Source: Bacteroidota bacterium (lineage in GTDB: Bacteria; Bacteroidota; Bacteroidia; Bacteroidales; GCA-2748055). Taken from it: a stretch of 64,000 nt of DNA. The DNA lies in NCBI GenBank assembly GCA_024640885.1, contig JAHEEC010000007.1:1239-65238 (forward strand). The letters are read 5' to 3'. The position numbers and the translations under genes are program-made. This document shows positions 32,538-42,991 of this stretch, one piece after another; positions within the stretch are counted from its first letter, which is position 1; the number at the start of each line of letters is the position of its first letter. Under the pieces are notes generated by a model. That model worked only from the letters and a program-made list of their open reading frames with translations. It had not been told where the DNA came from and ran no database searches.

Positions 32538-34832
32538 TTATTCGTCCGTAGATCTCCTGTTGAAAAGGAGGTACCCGAAACTGAGCTGAAGAACCCAGGG
32601 TTTTTCTTCTTCGGTGATGTAACCCACATGCAATGAGATGGGACCTGCCACCGAAACATAGTTTACGGAAGCATTGAAAATGGTCTTCATCCTGTTGAAG
32701 AAGGTTCCCCTGTAAGCCTCATTGAATGCATCACGAAGGATTTCCTGCACCGGGAAGAAGGCATAGACCTCGGCCTTCAAATGAATTTGTTTATTGATGG
32801 TGTAAAGAGGCATCAGGCCCGCCGCAATGAACTGATGCGCCCGGTATCCCTCCATAAACAGCCCATTGGTAATGATATTTGGACTAAATACCGGGGCCTC
32901 TATTATGGTTGAAAAATAATTGCTCAACAATGGTTTAAAGGTAGCCTTTACTTGAAAGTAATAACCCAGGCTAAAGGCGCCCTTTAAAGGCAGGAGGCCC
33001 CGATCCTCATAATCAGCCGAGAACCAGACAAAGCGCAATAATTCATTTTCCACATTGCTGGAGGTGGATCCCGGATGATAGGACTCATTACCGTAACCGA
33101 TGCGCAATGCCGCTTTCCGGTAACTCCCCTCGGTGGCAAACTGCTTGTTGTTCAGTGTGTTTTTCTCGGATGCCACGTAGAGTGACATGAGGTCCACTTT
33201 AGACAGATCGGAAGTATCACTTGATGAAACATCGCTGGTCATGTAGTAAACCTCCTTGTTCCTGCCGATCCCCAGCCCACCTTTTACCACCCCATTGATG
33301 GAGTAGGGCATGCCCACATCAAACCTGAAGTTGATCTCATCTTCTGTAATATATGACGGTTTCAGGTCTTCAAAGAAGAAGTTTGTGTTGAAGGTGTTGT
33401 AATCAAATCCATTGTAATTGAAACTTCCCTGGAAATAAAGCGGGATCCGGGAGGGATAATCAAACCGAAGTCCCACATTCACACCGTTGTACAGCCTTCC
33501 GAACTGGATACTTCCTTTCAGGTGGCTGCTCACCTCAGAAATAGCCCTGTAACTGAATCCCAGGTAGGTCTGGGCCAGCCCTGTGGTTGAGAAAAAGAGT
33601 CCAAACCGGGCTTCCAGTGGCGCCTGGGGAATAACCCTGAGCCTGAGTATGAAAAGGCTGTCTGTTCCTCCAAAAACGGCCCGGGGATAGAGGTAAAGGA
33701 GGCTTTTGTCATTGGCCAGTTTCAGATACTCTGTTTTCAATTCTTCAATCCCAATGGTCGAATCCCTCTTCCTGAGGCTTTTTTCCACGTAGGTCTCCTG
33801 TGCCTCATTCAGGCCCTCTATGGAAATTCCCTTAAATACCAATGGCGGCCAGGATTCACGAAAAGCCTCCCTTCTTATTTCCAGCGCAATAGAATCACCC
33901 TCCTGCCTGTGCACCAGGCCCTTAATGCTGTCCATTTTAGACAGGGCCGTGCGGTAGCCCACATCGATAAATTGATCCAGTTTATCAAAGGCAAGCAGAG
34001 ACTCTTTCTTCAAATCCATGTCCAGCAATATCCCTTCCCTGGGATCGATCCTGTAACTGGAGTGTTTCATGACGATGTTCTCAATCTGGCCCAGGATATC
34101 AAGTTCATCGGGAGGGGAATTGCCTTCTGCAGCCTTGGATCCAATGATCACGTCAGGGTGGAAACTTTCCTTTACATGATTGATGGGAAAATTGTTATAG
34201 ATCCCTCCATCATACATGATGTTCCCATCCATCAAAATGGGCCTGAAATAGAGGGGCACCGTCATGGACGCCCGCACAGCCTGAGCCAGATCACCTTTCC
34301 TGAAAACGGTCTCCCTGTTGTTACTGATATCCGCACCGTTGCAAAGGAACGGGACAAAAAGGTTGTCGAAATCATACCCGGCCGCAGCGCTGGCCCTTGA
34401 GAACAGCTCCATGAAAGCAAAATCCATTAAATAATTTGGGATCACGCTCAGGGGAAGCCTCGTCTTAGGGATGGTGTCCTTGAGGTCCAGCCCCAGGCTC
34501 AACAGGTCGGGTCCCGGGAATTCAGCTTTAAAGTAGTATTTGTACTTCTCCTCCAGGTCCCCGCTCATCCAGTACGTGAACTCCTCAGACTTGATGATTT
34601 CGATCATTTCATCTGTGGTCAGGCCCATGGCGTAGAGCCCCCCGATGATCGCACCCATGGAGGTCCCCCCCACATAATCGATGGGTATATGGTTTTCTTC
34701 AAGAGCCCTGATTACCCCGATGTGGGCAAGCCCCTTTGCCCCCCCGCCACTCAGCACCAGTCCCACAGATTGTCCCTGCAGCAACAACGGAACAAATCCA
34801 ATCAGCATGAGAATGGAGCACTTTTTAAACAT
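32538..34832 (-). CDS. Patatin-like phospholipase with C-terminal outer membrane barrel region
   Basis: Signal peptide, LSGGGAKG, GTSMG, DGGIYNN; beta-rich C-terminus ending LSFGYLLF. Confidence 0.88.
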   Translation of the reverse strand: MFKKCSILMLIGFVPLLLQGQSVGLVLSGGGAKGLAHIGVIRALEENHIPIDYVGGTSMGAIIGGLYAMGLTTDEMIEIIKSEEFTYWMSGDLEEKYKYYFKAEFPGPDLLSLGLDLKDTIPKTRLPLSVIPNYLMDFAFMELFSRASAAAGYDFDNLFVPFLCNGADISNNRETVFRKGDLAQAVRASMTVPLYFRPILMDGNIMYDGGIYNNFPINHVKESFHPDVIIGSKAAEGNSPPDELDILGQIENIVMKHSSYRIDPREGILLDMDLKKESLLAFDKLDQFIDVGYRTALSKMDSIKGLVHRQEGDSIALEIRREAFRESWPPLVFKGISIEGLNEAQETYVEKSLRKRDSTIGIEELKTEYLKLANDKSLLYLYPRAVFGGTDSLFILRLRVIPQAPLEARFGLFFSTTGLAQTYLGFSYRAISEVSSHLKGSIQFGRLYNGVNVGLRFDYPSRIPLYFQGSFNYNGFDYNTFNTNFFFEDLKPSYITEDEINFRFDVGMPYSINGVVKGGLGIGRNKEVYYMTSDVSSSDTSDLSKVDLMSLYVASEKNTLNNKQFATEGSYRKAALRIGYGNESYHPGSTSSNVENELLRFVWFSADYEDRGLLPLKGAFSLGYYFQVKATFKPLLSNYFSTIIEAPVFSPNIITNGLFMEGYRAHQFIAAGLMPLYTINKQIHLKAEVYAFFPVQEILRDAFNEAYRGTFFNRMKTIFNASVNYVSVAGPISLHVGYITEEEKPWVLQLSFGYLLFNRRSTDE

Positions 34833-34878
34833 TCATCCTATCTTTGCGATGCAATTCGTTTTTAAAATTACATGATTT

Positions 34879-35559
34879 ATGCTGAAGAAGTATCTAATTA
34901 TCCTGCTGGTTTCCCTTTTTCCCGGCTATTTTTCCTTCTGTGCTCATGCTCAGAACAGGAATACTGAATCCGGGCAACGGATCAAAATTGAAACATCCCT
35001 TGGAACCATCGTGATCAAACTTTACAACGAAACACCCTTACACCGCGACAACATGATCAAACTGATCGGGGAGGATTTTTACAAGGATCAGCTATTTCAC
35101 AGGGTGATTAAGAATTTTATGATACAGGGAGGGGATCCCCAATCGGTGGGTGCGGCAAAGGGAGAGATCCTGGGAAATGGAGGTCCGGACTACACCATCC
35201 CGGCCGAATTCAACCCTGCGCTGTACCATAAAAAGGGGGCATTGGCCGCCGCCAGGCAGGGAGACCAGTTAAATCCGGAAAAAGCCTCATCAGGATCCCA
35301 GTTTTATATTGTGCAGGGTCGCACTTTTTCCATCGATGAGCTCAACCAGATGGTACAACGCGGAATGCCTACTCCCAGCAGTGAAGCCATTGAAATCTAT
35401 ACTACAGTGGGAGGCACCCCTCACCTGGACGGTTCTTATACCGTTTTCGGAGAGGTGTTGGAAGGGCTTGATGTGTTGGACCGCATTGCTGCCGTGAAAA
35501 CCGATGGCCATAACCGACCCCTTGAAGATGTGGTATTTTCTATCTCCCTGGTGAAGTAA
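34879..35559 (+). CDS. Cyclophilin-type peptidyl-prolyl isomerase
   Basis: FHRVIKNFMIQGGDP, SGSQFYIV, HLDGSYTVFGEV; signal peptide. Confidence 0.95.
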   Translation: MLKKYLIILLVSLFPGYFSFCAHAQNRNTESGQRIKIETSLGTIVIKLYNETPLHRDNMIKLIGEDFYKDQLFHRVIKNFMIQGGDPQSVGAAKGEILGNGGPDYTIPAEFNPALYHKKGALAAARQGDQLNPEKASSGSQFYIVQGRTFSIDELNQMVQRGMPTPSSEAIEIYTTVGGTPHLDGSYTVFGEVLEGLDVLDRIAAVKTDGHNRPLEDVVFSISLVK

Positions 35560-35600
35560 CCATTGATTTTTTTACCTTTGTAGCTCTAATTCAACTATAT

Positions 35601-36620
35601 ATGCTTCATAAAATAGATGTGATCCTGGAGGAGGCCAGGCAATTCGATGCCCACACAAAGGAGGAGATCGAACAATTCAGGATCAGGTACCTTGGAAAAA
35701 AAGGGTTGCTCGCTGAACTTTTCAGGGATTTTAAAGAGGTTCCGGCAGCGCAGAAAAAGGAGGTGGGTCATAAGATCAATCTACTGAAGCAATATATCTC
35801 CGAAAAGGTGGATTCGTTGATGGCCTCCACCACGGAGGGACCATCCGAAGATTCGGCTCCCGATCTTACACTGCCCGGCCCCCCGATGGAGATTGGTTCC
35901 AGACATCCCATTTCCATTGTGAGGAACCAGATCATTGAAATTTTTTCAAGGCTGGGTTACTCCATTTCGGAAGGACCGGAAATAGAGGATGACTGGCATG
36001 TTTTTTCGGCCCTCAATTTCCCGCCCGAACACCCGGCACGCGATATGCAGGATACCTTCTTCGTGGAAAAGGATCCTGATATCATGCTCCGAACCCATAC
36101 CTCTTCCGTGCAGGTACGCGTCATGGAGAAAGAACAGCCGCCCATCCGTACCATTTCCCCCGGCAGGGTATTCAGAAATGAAGCCATCTCGGCGAGGGCA
36201 CACTGTATCTTTCACCAGGTAGAAGGCCTCTACATCGATGAAAATGTATCATTTGCCGATCTGAAGCAGACGTTGTTATTCTTTGCCAGGGAGATGTTTG
36301 GACAGAATGTTGAAATAAGACTAAGGCCCTCATACTTTCCATTTACCGAACCATCTGCTGAAATGGATATCAGTTGTCAGATCTGCGGGGGCAAAGGTTG
36401 TAATGTGTGTAAGTATACCGGCTGGCTGGAAATACTTGGTTGCGGCATGGTGGACCCCAACGTCCTTGAGTTCAATCAAATCGATTCTGTGAAATATACA
36501 GGATTTGCTTTTGGGATGGGCATTGAAAGGGTGGCCATGCTAAAGTACCAGGTAAGGGACCTTCGCCTCTATTTTGAGAACGACATCCGTTTCCTCGAAC
36601 AGTTCAGGGCCGCCTATTAA
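35601..36620 (+). CDS. pheS: Phenylalanine--tRNA ligase alpha subunit
   Basis: HPARDMQDTF, LRTHTS, YFPFTEPS, GFAFGMGIER. Confidence 0.98.
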   Translation: MLHKIDVILEEARQFDAHTKEEIEQFRIRYLGKKGLLAELFRDFKEVPAAQKKEVGHKINLLKQYISEKVDSLMASTTEGPSEDSAPDLTLPGPPMEIGSRHPISIVRNQIIEIFSRLGYSISEGPEIEDDWHVFSALNFPPEHPARDMQDTFFVEKDPDIMLRTHTSSVQVRVMEKEQPPIRTISPGRVFRNEAISARAHCIFHQVEGLYIDENVSFADLKQTLLFFAREMFGQNVEIRLRPSYFPFTEPSAEMDISCQICGGKGCNVCKYTGWLEILGCGMVDPNVLEFNQIDSVKYTGFAFGMGIERVAMLKYQVRDLRLYFENDIRFLEQFRAAY

Positions 36621-36662
36621 ATCCCGTTCCTGGCCTGGTCGTCAGCACCTCTTTTTCAGTAG

Positions 36663-37079
36663 CTATTCCTCAAGGATGATCTCGTGGGAGATGGGAAAAT
36701 CTTTGGAATAGTTTGCGGAAACTCCACAATACTTTGTGGAGGAAAGAGTGACCGCTTTTTCAACATTTTTCAGGTTGACCCCTTTCCCTTTAACCCGGTA
36801 GATGACTTTCATCCCCATAAATTTCTTGGGGTGCTCCTCGGATACATCTCCTTCAACTTCCACCGTCAGCGATTCAACCTCCTCCCTCATCTTCTTCAGG
36901 ATTGCCGCCACATCCATCCCGGTGCATCCTGCCAGTGCAACCATCATGAGCAATTTAGGCCTGGGGCCCATGTTCTTGCCCCCATGTTCCACCGCGGTAT
37001 CCATGTAGATCTTGTGCCCGTCCACATCCGCTTCAAAAGCCAGATCATTCAACCAGAAAGCTTTAATCGTTTCCTTCAT
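36663..37079 (-). CDS. OsmC/YhfA family protein
   Basis: GPRPKLLMMVALAGCTGMDV and KYCGV. Confidence 0.88.
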   Translation of the reverse strand: MKETIKAFWLNDLAFEADVDGHKIYMDTAVEHGGKNMGPRPKLLMMVALAGCTGMDVAAILKKMREEVESLTVEVEGDVSEEHPKKFMGMKVIYRVKGKGVNLKNVEKAVTLSSTKYCGVSANYSKDFPISHEIILEE

Positions 37080-37133
37080 CAGTCTAAGTTTTCAATTTTT
37101 ATTTGCTTAATTTCGAACATTAATTCAATCTTC

Positions 37134-37835
37134 ATGGTACAGTTTCCAATTCTCCATGACTGCGACTCCTGCGTCACTAAAAAACATCCCCTGTTCAGGT
37201 ACCTGACCGCCGAAGAACTGGAAGATGTTTCCCTGAACAGAGAAACTGAAACCTATAAAAGAGGTTCTATCATCTACCAGGAAGGTCACCGCATGAAAGG
37301 ATTTTATTGCGTCCAGTCAGGCATTATAAAGATATACAAATCCGGCTTCGATGGAAAGGAACAAATCATCCGATTTGCCAAATCCGGTGATATAATCGGT
37401 TACCGTTCGGTGGTGAGCAATGAACCTGCCTGTACCACCACCGAAGTGCTGGAGGACTCAAAGGTGTGTCATATTCCAACACATATCCTGCTTAACCTGG
37501 TAAGAAACAATGGTGATTTTGCCGTAGAGCTAATGAAGCTTACGTGCAAGGAGCTGGGCGAGGCCAATTCCTACCTCACCGATGTCGTTCAGAAAACAGT
37601 AAAAGAGCGCCTGGCCGAGATCCTGTTGCATCTGCAGGCCGAATTTGGTGAAGATCCTGACCGGGTCCTGAAGATCTCCCTGACCCGTGAAGAACTCTCG
37701 AATATCGTGGGCACGGCCACCGAATCCATCATCCGGTTTCTGTCGGAATTTAAAAACGAAGGATTGATCGAATTAAAGGGGAGAAAAATAAAAATCCTGG
37801 ACCGGCCAGGATTGAAGCAAATTGCCAATAATTAA
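37134..37835 (+). CDS. Crp/Fnr family transcriptional regulator
   Basis: cNMP-binding fold (GIIKIYK..GKEQII), ERLAEIL, HTH LTREELSNIVGTATESIIR; start reassigned to ATG 37134. Confidence 0.92.
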   Translation: MVQFPILHDCDSCVTKKHPLFRYLTAEELEDVSLNRETETYKRGSIIYQEGHRMKGFYCVQSGIIKIYKSGFDGKEQIIRFAKSGDIIGYRSVVSNEPACTTTEVLEDSKVCHIPTHILLNLVRNNGDFAVELMKLTCKELGEANSYLTDVVQKTVKERLAEILLHLQAEFGEDPDRVLKISLTREELSNIVGTATESIIRFLSEFKNEGLIELKGRKIKILDRPGLKQIANN

Positions 37836-37841
37836 GGATCA

Positions 37842-38015
37842 TCATTCCACAACCTTCCCGATCACAATGTGGGCCAATAGCCCAACCACCACGAGTATGA
37901 GGCTGAGGGAAAGATTTGTATTGGTCTGAACCTGGGTAAAGACTGCAACCCCAAGGATGATCACTCCTGCCAGAATAACCAGAAGTCCTGCATTTTTCAA
38001 TAACTCTTTTAACAT
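37842..38015 (-). CDS. Small two-TM membrane protein (57 aa), absent from the ORF track
   Basis: MLKELLKNAGLLVILAGVIILGVAVFTQVQTNTNLSLSLILVVVGLLAHIVIGKVVE*; fills the intergenic gap; TATATTTG element at 38112-38119. Confidence 0.75.
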   Translation of the reverse strand: MLKELLKNAGLLVILAGVIILGVAVFTQVQTNTNLSLSLILVVVGLLAHIVIGKVVE

Positions 38016-38127
38016 ATCTGCGGGTATATATGAAGCTTCTCCCCCCGCAAGGCAGATCGGCTCCTATCCTTAATTACTTATTTCTATTCTCTTTACAGAT
38101 TCTATTCCTCACAAATATATAAAAATA

Positions 38128-39147
38128 TCAGAATAAAAAGTTCTGGCTATCTCTATATTTGCCAAGGTGTTCATAGGCATTCCTTGTGACCTCCCTTCCC
38201 CTCGGGGTACGTTTGATATAACCCTCCTTGATCAGGAAAGGCTCATATACTTCTTCGATGGTACCGGCTTCTTCACCAACTGCTGTGGCAATGGTATTGA
38301 GTCCCACGGGTCCGCCCTGAAACTTTTCGATGATGGTCAGCAGGATCTTGTTGTCCATTTCATCCAATCCCGACTGGTCTATATTCAACGCATCCAGGCC
38401 ATACCTGGTGATCTTCATATCGATGATCCCATTGCCCTTAACCTGGGCAAAATCTCTGATCCGCCTCAACAAAGCATTGGCGATACGGGGCGTACCACGG
38501 CTCCGCGAGGCAATTTCCATAGCGGCATCCTTTTCGATCTCAACCTTTAGAATCCGGGACGAGCGGTTAACGATTCCGGTGAGTACCCTTGCGTCATAGT
38601 ACTCCAGCAATGAATTAATACCAAACCTTGCACGCAGCGGTCCTGTGAGAAGTCCCGACCTGGTGGTCGCACCGATGAGGGTAAACGGCTGCAGGGTGAG
38701 CTGGACAGACCTGGCGGCCGGTCCCTTATCGATCATGATATCGATGCAATAATCCTCCATGGCCGAATAGAGGTACTCCTCCACCACCGGTGAGAGCCTG
38801 TGAATCTCATCGATGAAAAGCACATCGCCCTCTTCAAGCCCGGTAAGCAATCCCGCAAGATCGCCCGGTTTATCAAGCACCGGACCAGAGGTGATCTTGA
38901 TCCCCACTTCCATTTCGTTGGCAATGATGTGGGCAAGGGTGGTCTTTCCCAGTCCGGGGGGACCATGCAAAAGGACATGGTCAAGGGCTTCGTCCCTCAA
39001 CCTTGCTGCTTCCACAAACACCTTCAGGTTTTCCACAACTTTTTCCTGTCCGTCAAAATCAGAAAAGATTCCCGGCCTGAGCCTGGCTTCAATTTCCATA
39101 TCGGCTTCAGATAATTGCTTATCCCTGAATTCGAATTCTTCTGTCAT
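38128..39147 (-). CDS. ruvB: Holliday junction branch migration helicase RuvB
   Basis: [39 protein letters not shown]. Confidence 0.98.
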   Translation of the reverse strand: MTEEFEFRDKQLSEADMEIEARLRPGIFSDFDGQEKVVENLKVFVEAARLRDEALDHVLLHGPPGLGKTTLAHIIANEMEVGIKITSGPVLDKPGDLAGLLTGLEEGDVLFIDEIHRLSPVVEEYLYSAMEDYCIDIMIDKGPAARSVQLTLQPFTLIGATTRSGLLTGPLRARFGINSLLEYYDARVLTGIVNRSSRILKVEIEKDAAMEIASRSRGTPRIANALLRRIRDFAQVKGNGIIDMKITRYGLDALNIDQSGLDEMDNKILLTIIEKFQGGPVGLNTIATAVGEEAGTIEEVYEPFLIKEGYIKRTPRGREVTRNAYEHLGKYRDSQNFLF

Positions 39148-39154
39148 TGCAAAA

Positions 39155-40732
39155 TCAGCGAATTAAAGTTACATCACTATCAGGCAAATTGATCCTGATC
39201 CCGTTGATCCTTTGTTCCACATCGTTTTTGTAGGAGATTGTCATCAACAGGTTCCCCTCCTCATCATATTTCTTCCAGTTCTTTTCACGGATTCCCATCT
39301 CATAATACTGTTCCTCCTTTATTGCTCCTGAAGGATAGAAGTATTTGTGCTTTTTATCTGGATTACCCTGTGAGTAATTGCCTTCATAGCTGAGCGTTCC
39401 ATCCTTGTAGAAATAGTTCCAGGGACCTTCCCTGAGCCCGATCACATAACGGCCCCGTTCCTCATGGTCACCTACCTGGTAGATCCACTCTCCCTCCATT
39501 TCACCACTGATATAATCGCCCTTTGTTAAAATATTTCCGCCCGTATCATATTCCACAAACATCCCATCTTCCCTTCCATTAAAGTAACTCTCTTCCCTCC
39601 AGGTATTTCCATTGGGATAATACCAGGTCCAAAGACCCTGGTACCGGCCCCTCTCAAACCTTCCCTTCTGTTCTATCCCTCCACTTCGGAAATAGAAGGT
39701 CCAGGTACCCGAAGGCTGGTTATCCTGATAGGTACCCCTGGCCCTGACCTCTCCTGTGGGGTAAAATTCAGTCCAACCTCCCATCTTAATTCCCTGGTCA
39801 TCAATAATTCCTTCTGAAATCTTCTGACCAAGTTCATTATAAAGATAGGCATTCTCCACCGTTCCTGTGGTATCATAAAACCTGTGAATGCCCACAGGGA
39901 CACCCTCCTTATATCCGCCTGTAAATATTAACCTCCCCTCTTCATCATAGGTGCTTTTCATATCCAGGAGCTCCCGCATATCCTCATCGATCTCCTCCAT
40001 GATCTTCCCCCGTTCATACCTCATGGCCATCAACAGTTCCCCTCTTCCGTCAAACTCCCTGTAATACCCGTGAAGCTTGTCATCCAGGTAATTCTCTTCT
40101 TTTTTAATTTTACCATTTTCGTAATATTCCCGGTATGTCCCCTGCTTTCTTCCTTCGGAATCGATCCGGTTCACGCGTTCACGATTTACCATGTAGTTGT
40201 CCTTGTACTCCTCCACGGTCATGATTGTACTGTCCTTTGTAAACTCCCTTGACAATCCCTGTTTTTTACCGCCCTTGTAAAACACCATATACCTTAACTC
40301 ACCGGTTGGATAGAAATAGTATGAATTTCCCTCCTTTTTTCCATTCACGTAAAGCTCTCTGGATATTTCGGTGGGTTGGCCCGGATTCAAAGGGTTATCA
40401 TAGGAATAGGAGATAGAATAACCGCTCTTTTCTCCGATCTTGTAGTTGATCCTCTGGGTAAGTTCTCCTGCCTGGTTGTAAAAATTCCATGTGCTGTCCA
40501 GTAAAAAATTGGTCCTTTTGCCCTCCGATTTTATAACTCCTGTGATATAATAGCTTTTCCAGAATCCGTCAGGTTTTTCATCCCTCATGATACCTTCGGT
40601 AGAAACCTGGCCGTTGGGATATAAGATCTGAACAAAACGGGTATCCTCATTGCCTTCCTGCCCGCTCAGTGGATCCATCCACAGCATGAGGCATGACAAC
40701 AACAAAACGATTCCTTTTACCCTTGTGTGCAT
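39155..40732 (-). CDS. MORN-variant repeat (YwqK-like) exported protein
   Basis: Signal peptide plus many G..(W/Y)..YY.nG repeats. Confidence 0.8.
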   Translation of the reverse strand: MHTRVKGIVLLLSCLMLWMDPLSGQEGNEDTRFVQILYPNGQVSTEGIMRDEKPDGFWKSYYITGVIKSEGKRTNFLLDSTWNFYNQAGELTQRINYKIGEKSGYSISYSYDNPLNPGQPTEISRELYVNGKKEGNSYYFYPTGELRYMVFYKGGKKQGLSREFTKDSTIMTVEEYKDNYMVNRERVNRIDSEGRKQGTYREYYENGKIKKEENYLDDKLHGYYREFDGRGELLMAMRYERGKIMEEIDEDMRELLDMKSTYDEEGRLIFTGGYKEGVPVGIHRFYDTTGTVENAYLYNELGQKISEGIIDDQGIKMGGWTEFYPTGEVRARGTYQDNQPSGTWTFYFRSGGIEQKGRFERGRYQGLWTWYYPNGNTWREESYFNGREDGMFVEYDTGGNILTKGDYISGEMEGEWIYQVGDHEERGRYVIGLREGPWNYFYKDGTLSYEGNYSQGNPDKKHKYFYPSGAIKEEQYYEMGIREKNWKKYDEEGNLLMTISYKNDVEQRINGIRINLPDSDVTLIR

Positions 40733-40742
40733 AGATATATCA

Positions 40743-41744
40743 TTACAATCGAAGGCTCTCTGAAATTTCCAGCATCCTTACTATGGATCCCCTGGCCCTA
40801 TCCATCAATTTCTGTTCCAAAGTTATTTCAGGCAGTTCATACTTCAAAGTATTATAAATCTTTTTCAATGAAATAAGCTTCATATACCGGCAATCGTTGC
40901 AGGCGCAGGTCGAATCTTTTGGAGGAGCGGGAATGAAAGTTTTATGAGGACTCTCCTTCCTCATCTGGTGCAGGATCCCCGATTCGGTGGCCACTATAAA
41001 TTTCATCCCGGGATTCTTGATCGAATAATTCAGAAGTGAAGTGGTTGACCCAATGTGATCGGCCACGATCAGGATCGGCTTCTCACATTCCGGATGGGCT
41101 ATAATCTGTGCATCAGGATTATCTTTTTTAAGCTCCAGTATCCTCTCCAGGCTGAACTCTTCATGTACATGGCATGCACCGTCCCATATCACCATCTTCC
41201 TTCCTGTTACACTCTGGATATAGTTTCCCAGGTTTCTGTCCGGTGCAAAAATGATCTTCTCCTCCTCGGGAAGGCTCTGGACAATTTGCAGTGCGTTTGT
41301 GGAAGTGCAAATTATATCGGTCATCGCTTTAATCTCGGCAGTGGTATTTACATAGGAGATCACAGTATGACCCGGATACTTTTTCTTAAAGGCAGCAAAT
41401 TCCTCCGGTGGGCATGAATCTGCAAGCGAACACCCTGCCTGCAGATCCGGGATCAGCACCTTTTTATCAGGCGCCAGGATCTTGGCTGTTTCAGCCATAA
41501 AATGAACTCCCGCAAAAAGAATAATCTCTGCATTTGTAGCCGCAGCCTGTTGCGATAATCCAAGACTATCCCCCACATAATCAGCAATATCCTGTATTTC
41601 ACCTTCCTGGTAAAAGTGGGCAAGGATCACTGCGTTCTTCTCCTTTCTCATTCGCTGGATCTCTGCCACCAGATCCAGGGAAGGATCCACATCCAGATCA
41701 ATGAATCCCAGTTTATCGATATTCAGGTTTTTAACAGAATTCAT
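40743..41744 (-). CDS. nadA: Quinolinate synthase
   Basis: [39 protein letters not shown]. Confidence 0.97.
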   Translation of the reverse strand: MNSVKNLNIDKLGFIDLDVDPSLDLVAEIQRMRKEKNAVILAHFYQEGEIQDIADYVGDSLGLSQQAAATNAEIILFAGVHFMAETAKILAPDKKVLIPDLQAGCSLADSCPPEEFAAFKKKYPGHTVISYVNTTAEIKAMTDIICTSTNALQIVQSLPEEEKIIFAPDRNLGNYIQSVTGRKMVIWDGACHVHEEFSLERILELKKDNPDAQIIAHPECEKPILIVADHIGSTTSLLNYSIKNPGMKFIVATESGILHQMRKESPHKTFIPAPPKDSTCACNDCRYMKLISLKKIYNTLKYELPEITLEQKLMDRARGSIVRMLEISESLRL

Positions 41745-42110
41745 ATCTATTAAATATTATTAATTAATTAAAAATATCTTTTAATGATGATGATAGGCAG
41801 TTCATATTGTTTTAAAAAAAGTGGAGGTATCTTTGCAATTTTAACTATTGAAACATTAACCACATTCTATTAACAGTTGAAAGATTTGTTAAGTTCTGAG
41901 AACGCGTAAGATAGAAATTGATTTAACAGTTGTTAATAGCAATCTGATTTAATAAAAAGACGGCCGATTCAAAGATAGCGACTGTTGACAATCTGTTTAT
42001 CATTTATACGATTATTTGGATCTGTTGCGGGCAGAAATGGATTGGGTGGAATTTGGGCAGGTTATTAAAAGGAATGAACAACAAATCAACCACTGGATTG
42101 TTAAAAACAT
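41745..42110. other. Candidate chromosomal replication origin (oriC)
   Basis: Longest and most AT-rich intergenic region; AT tract plus trinucleotide repeats plus several DnaA-box-like 9-mers; flanking genes diverge. Confidence 0.6.
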
Positions 42111-42115
42111 GGATC

Positions 42116-42556
42116 ATGAAAAAAGAGATAGCAATAGCTTCTGATCATGCGGGCTACAAAATGAAGCTGTCGGTCATCGAGCATCTGGAAAAGAGGGGCT
42201 ACAGGGTGAAGGATTTCGGCACAGATTCGATCCTCCCTGTGGATTATCCTGATTTCGGACACCCCCTGGCGATTGCGGTGGAAGAGGGATCCTTCCCGGT
42301 TGGAATTTCACTCTGCGGAAGCGGCAATGGCATTAATATGGTGACCAACAAGCATCAAAAGGTCAGGGGAGCGTTGTGCTGGAACAGGGAAATTGCAAGG
42401 CTGGCCAGAAGTCATAATGATGCCAATATCTGCTCTCTTCCCGCCAGGTTCATTGACCCGGAAATGGCCAAAGAGATTGTGGATATATTTTTGGAAACAG
42501 AGTTTGAAGGCGGAAGACACTGCCACAGGATAGAAAGCATTCCCCTCAATCATTGA
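42116..42556 (+). CDS. rpiB: Ribose 5-phosphate isomerase B
   Basis: IASDHAG, VDYPD, CGSGNG, ARSHNDAN, FEGGRH; start taken at ATG 42116. Confidence 0.95.
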   Translation: MKKEIAIASDHAGYKMKLSVIEHLEKRGYRVKDFGTDSILPVDYPDFGHPLAIAVEEGSFPVGISLCGSGNGINMVTNKHQKVRGALCWNREIARLARSHNDANICSLPARFIDPEMAKEIVDIFLETEFEGGRHCHRIESIPLNH

Positions 42557-42991
42557 ATGATGCTGTCCAATACAACAAAATATGCCATCAGGGCCCTCAT
42601 TTACCTGGCGATATACTCCTCCGGGGAAAAAAAGGCCGGGATCAGGGAAATTTCTTCACAACTGGGCATTCCCTCCCCATTCCTTGGAAAGATTCTCCAG
42701 GTGCTGGCCAGGCGCAAGATCCTGAACTCCACAAAAGGGCCCCATGGTGGCTTTTGCCTTCAAAAATCAGCCGCGGAGATATCCATTATGGAGATCGTTG
42801 AGATCATCGACGGGGCCGATGCTTTTGATGCCTGTGTGATCAGAACCACCAAATGCCGTCACGATGCCCCGTGCAGCCTTCACGATAAATATGCACCGTT
42901 GAGGGCAGTGATGAAAAACCTCTATAATACAGAGTCCATCCAGGACCTGGCAAATCAATACAGGCAGGAGAAGGAGCGGATCAGGATCTGA
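42557..42991 (+). CDS. Rrf2 family transcriptional regulator with three Cys
   Basis: KYAIRAL, STKGPHGGF, C-x6-C-x5-C. Confidence 0.92.
   Translation: MMLSNTTKYAIRALIYLAIYSSGEKKAGIREISSQLGIPSPFLGKILQVLARRKILNSTKGPHGGFCLQKSAAEISIMEIVEIIDGADAFDACVIRTTKCRHDAPCSLHDKYAPLRAVMKNLYNTESIQDLANQYRQEKERIRI

Noticed and set aside
36684-37133. Apparent 150-aa N-terminal extension of the Crp/Fnr ORF
   Set aside because: It is the antisense shadow of the OsmC gene; the real start is ATG 37134
39155-40732. YwqK-like protein as a toxin-antitoxin or defence component
   Set aside because: It has a signal peptide, sits between nadA and ruvB, and has no toxin neighbour; the repeats are generic MORN variants
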